This document shows, one piece after another, positions 30,380 to 32,000 of a DNA stretch of 32,000 nucleotides. Position numbers and translations under genes: made by a program. Every line of letters starts with the position of its first letter. The stretch's first letter is position 1. The notes beneath the pieces were generated by a model. That model was not told where the DNA came from. It ran no database searches and saw only the letters and a program-made list of their open reading frames with translations. This DNA is from Cereibacter sphaeroides 2.4.1 (GTDB lineage Bacteria; Pseudomonadota; Alphaproteobacteria; Rhodobacterales; Rhodobacteraceae): the NCBI RefSeq assembly GCF_000012905.2, contig NC_007493.2:2760001-2792000 (forward strand), given 5' to 3'.

Positions 30380-32000
30380 ATGACGTTCGGCAAGGGCCAC
30401 CATCTGCATCTCATCGACGGTTCGGCCTTCATCTTCCGGGCCTACCATGCGCTGCCGCCGCTGACGCGGAAGTCGGACGGCCTGCCCGTGGGCGCGGTCG
30501 CGGGCTTCTGCAACATGCTGTTCCGCTATGTCGAGAACAACAAGGGCCCCGACGCGCCGACCCATGTGGCGGTGATCTTCGACCATTCCTCGAAGACCTT
30601 CCGCAACGAGATCTACCCGCTCTACAAGGCGCAGCGCCCCGAGCCGCCCGAGGATCTGCGCCCGCAGTTCCCGCTCACGCGCGAGGCGACGCGGGCCTTC
30701 AACATTGCCTGCATCGAGACCGAAGGGTTCGAGGCCGACGACATCATCGCGGCCCTCTCGTGCAAGGCGCGCGACGCGGGCGGCTCGGTCACGATCCTGT
30801 CCTCGGACAAGGATCTGATGCAGCTGGTGGGCGACGGGGTCGAGATGCTCGACCCGATGAAGAACAAGCGGATCGGCCGCGACGAGGTGTTCGAGAAATT
30901 CGGCGTCTACCCCGAGCGCGTCGTGGATGTGCAGGCGCTGGCGGGCGATTCCATCGACAACGTGCCGGGCGCGCCGGGCATCGGCATCAAGACGGCCGCG
31001 CTGCTGATCCAGGAATACGGCGATCTCGAGAGCCTGCTCGCGCGGGCGGGCGAGATCAAGCAGCCCAAGCGCCGCGCCGCCATCGAGGAGAATGCCGAAC
31101 AGATCCGCATCTCGAAGCGGCTGGTGGCGCTTGACTGCAACACCCCGCTTACGTTCTCGCTCGAGGATCTCGAGGTGCGTCTGCCGGTGGCCGACGACCT
31201 TCTGGGCTTTCTCAACCGGATGGAATTCCGCACCCTGACGACCCGTGTGGCCGCGAGCCTGAAGGTCGAGCCGCCTCCCGCCCCCACCGCCGCCGTCCTC
31301 CGGAACGAGGGCGTGCCCGAGATCGTCGAGCAGGTCGAGGCGGCGCTGCCTTTCGACAGCGCCTCCTATGCCTGCATCCGCGATGCCGAGGCGCTGGCCG
31401 CCTGGATCGCGCGCATCCGCGACCTGGGCCATGTCGCCATCGACACCGAGACCACCAGCCTCGACGAGATGCGTGCCGAACTGGTGGGGATCTCGCTCTG
31501 CGTCGAGGCGGGGGCCGCCTGCTACATCCCGCTCGGCCACCGGGCTGGCGGCGGCGATCTCTTCGGCGCCTCGGAGCTCGTGGCCGACCAGATGCCGCTG
31601 GGTCTGGCGCTGTCGATGCTGAAGCCGGTGCTCGAGGATGAGTCCATCCTCAAGATCGGCCAGAACATGAAGTACGACGCGAAGATCCTCGCGCGTCACG
31701 GCATCCGGGTGGCGCCGATCGACGATACGATGCTCATGTCCTACGCGATGCACGCGGGCCGCCACGGCCACGGGATGGACGAGCTCTGCGACACCTACCT
31801 TGGCCACAAACCCATCGCGATCAAGACGCTCCTGGGTTCGGGCAAGAGCCAGATCACCTTCGACCGGGTGCCGGTCGAGCAGGCCGTCTGCTATGCGGCC
31901 GAGGATGCGGATGTGACCTTCCGGCTCTGGAAGCTGTTCAAGCCGCAGCTGCACCGCGCCCGGGTGACGACGGTCTACGAGACGCTCGAGCGGCCGCTGG
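30380..32000 (+). CDS. polA: DNA polymerase I, N-terminal part (5'-3' exonuclease plus start of 3'-5' exonuclease domain); continues beyond the window
   Basis: This gene is not in the ORF track because it has no stop in the window. ATG 30380 follows GGAGGG (30371-30376). My own translation gives MTFGKGHHLHLIDGSAFIFRAYHALPPL...EADDIIA...LSSDKDLMQL...DNVPGAPGIGIKTAALLIQEYG. The Exo motifs follow: IDTETTSLD, QNMKYDAKIL and YAAEDADVTFRLW. The frame is open to 32000. Confidence 0.95.
   Translation, partial: MTFGKGHHLHLIDGSAFIFRAYHALPPLTRKSDGLPVGAVAGFCNMLFRYVENNKGPDAPTHVAVIFDHSSKTFRNEIYPLYKAQRPEPPEDLRPQFPLTREATRAFNIACIETEGFEADDIIAALSCKARDAGGSVTILSSDKDLMQLVGDGVEMLDPMKNKRIGRDEVFEKFGVYPERVVDVQALAGDSIDNVPGAPGIGIKTAALLIQEYGDLESLLARAGEIKQPKRRAAIEENAEQIRISKRLVALDCNTPLTFSLEDLEVRLPVADDLLGFLNRMEFRTLTTRVAASLKVEPPPAPTAAVLRNEGVPEIVEQVEAALPFDSASYACIRDAEALAAWIARIRDLGHVAIDTETTSLDEMRAELVGISLCVEAGAACYIPLGHRAGGGDLFGASELVADQMPLGLALSMLKPVLEDESILKIGQNMKYDAKILARHGIRVAPIDDTMLMSYAMHAGRHGHGMDELCDTYLGHKPIAIKTLLGSGKSQITFDRVPVEQAVCYAAEDADVTFRLWKLFKPQLHRARVTTVYETLERPL

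Overview
High-GC (roughly two-thirds G+C by eye) alphaproteobacterial chromosomal core region. Gene content and order look Rhodobacterales-like (Cereibacter/Rhodobacter sphaeroides type), but that is recollection, not a search. I call about 28 tightly packed CDS. In order: a 20-codon stub of a divergent gene, pyrB with a degenerate dihydroorotase-like pyrC', plsY, gshA (GCS2 type), a small membrane protein, rsmE, ubiA, a multi-BON OmpA-family protein, a small membrane-anchored coiled-coil protein, an alpha/beta hydrolase, gabD and a CNNM/CorC transporter. Then an ECF sigma factor start/stop-coupled to a single-pass vWA protein, ibpA with a sigma32-type promoter and ROSE-like 5' leader, a secreted trypsin-like protease, glcDEF and DUF599. 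Then a four-gene MoxR / DUF58 / BatA_N-DUF4159 / vWA-membrane operon, DUF1285, DUF2798, a zf-CHCC protein, and the 5' 1.6 kb of polA. polA is open to the window edge and is absent from the supplied ORF track. I saw no rRNA, tRNA, CRISPR array, transposase/integrase or obvious defence or mobile island, so this is mostly housekeeping DNA. The two best candidates for a poorly understood system are the translationally coupled MoxR/DUF58/BatA_N-DUF4159/vWA module (22463-29185) and the ECF sigma/vWA pair (13368-15859). Smaller sequence-level observations are a ROSE-like thermometer, a pseudo-enzyme PyrC', tandem hairpin repeats upstream of plsY, a palindrome with direct repeats in the gabD control region, and several extreme gene-packing cases. 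Family names are assigned from motifs I recognise by eye and all need HMM confirmation. The many long alternative-frame and antisense ORFs in the track are GC-driven artefacts.
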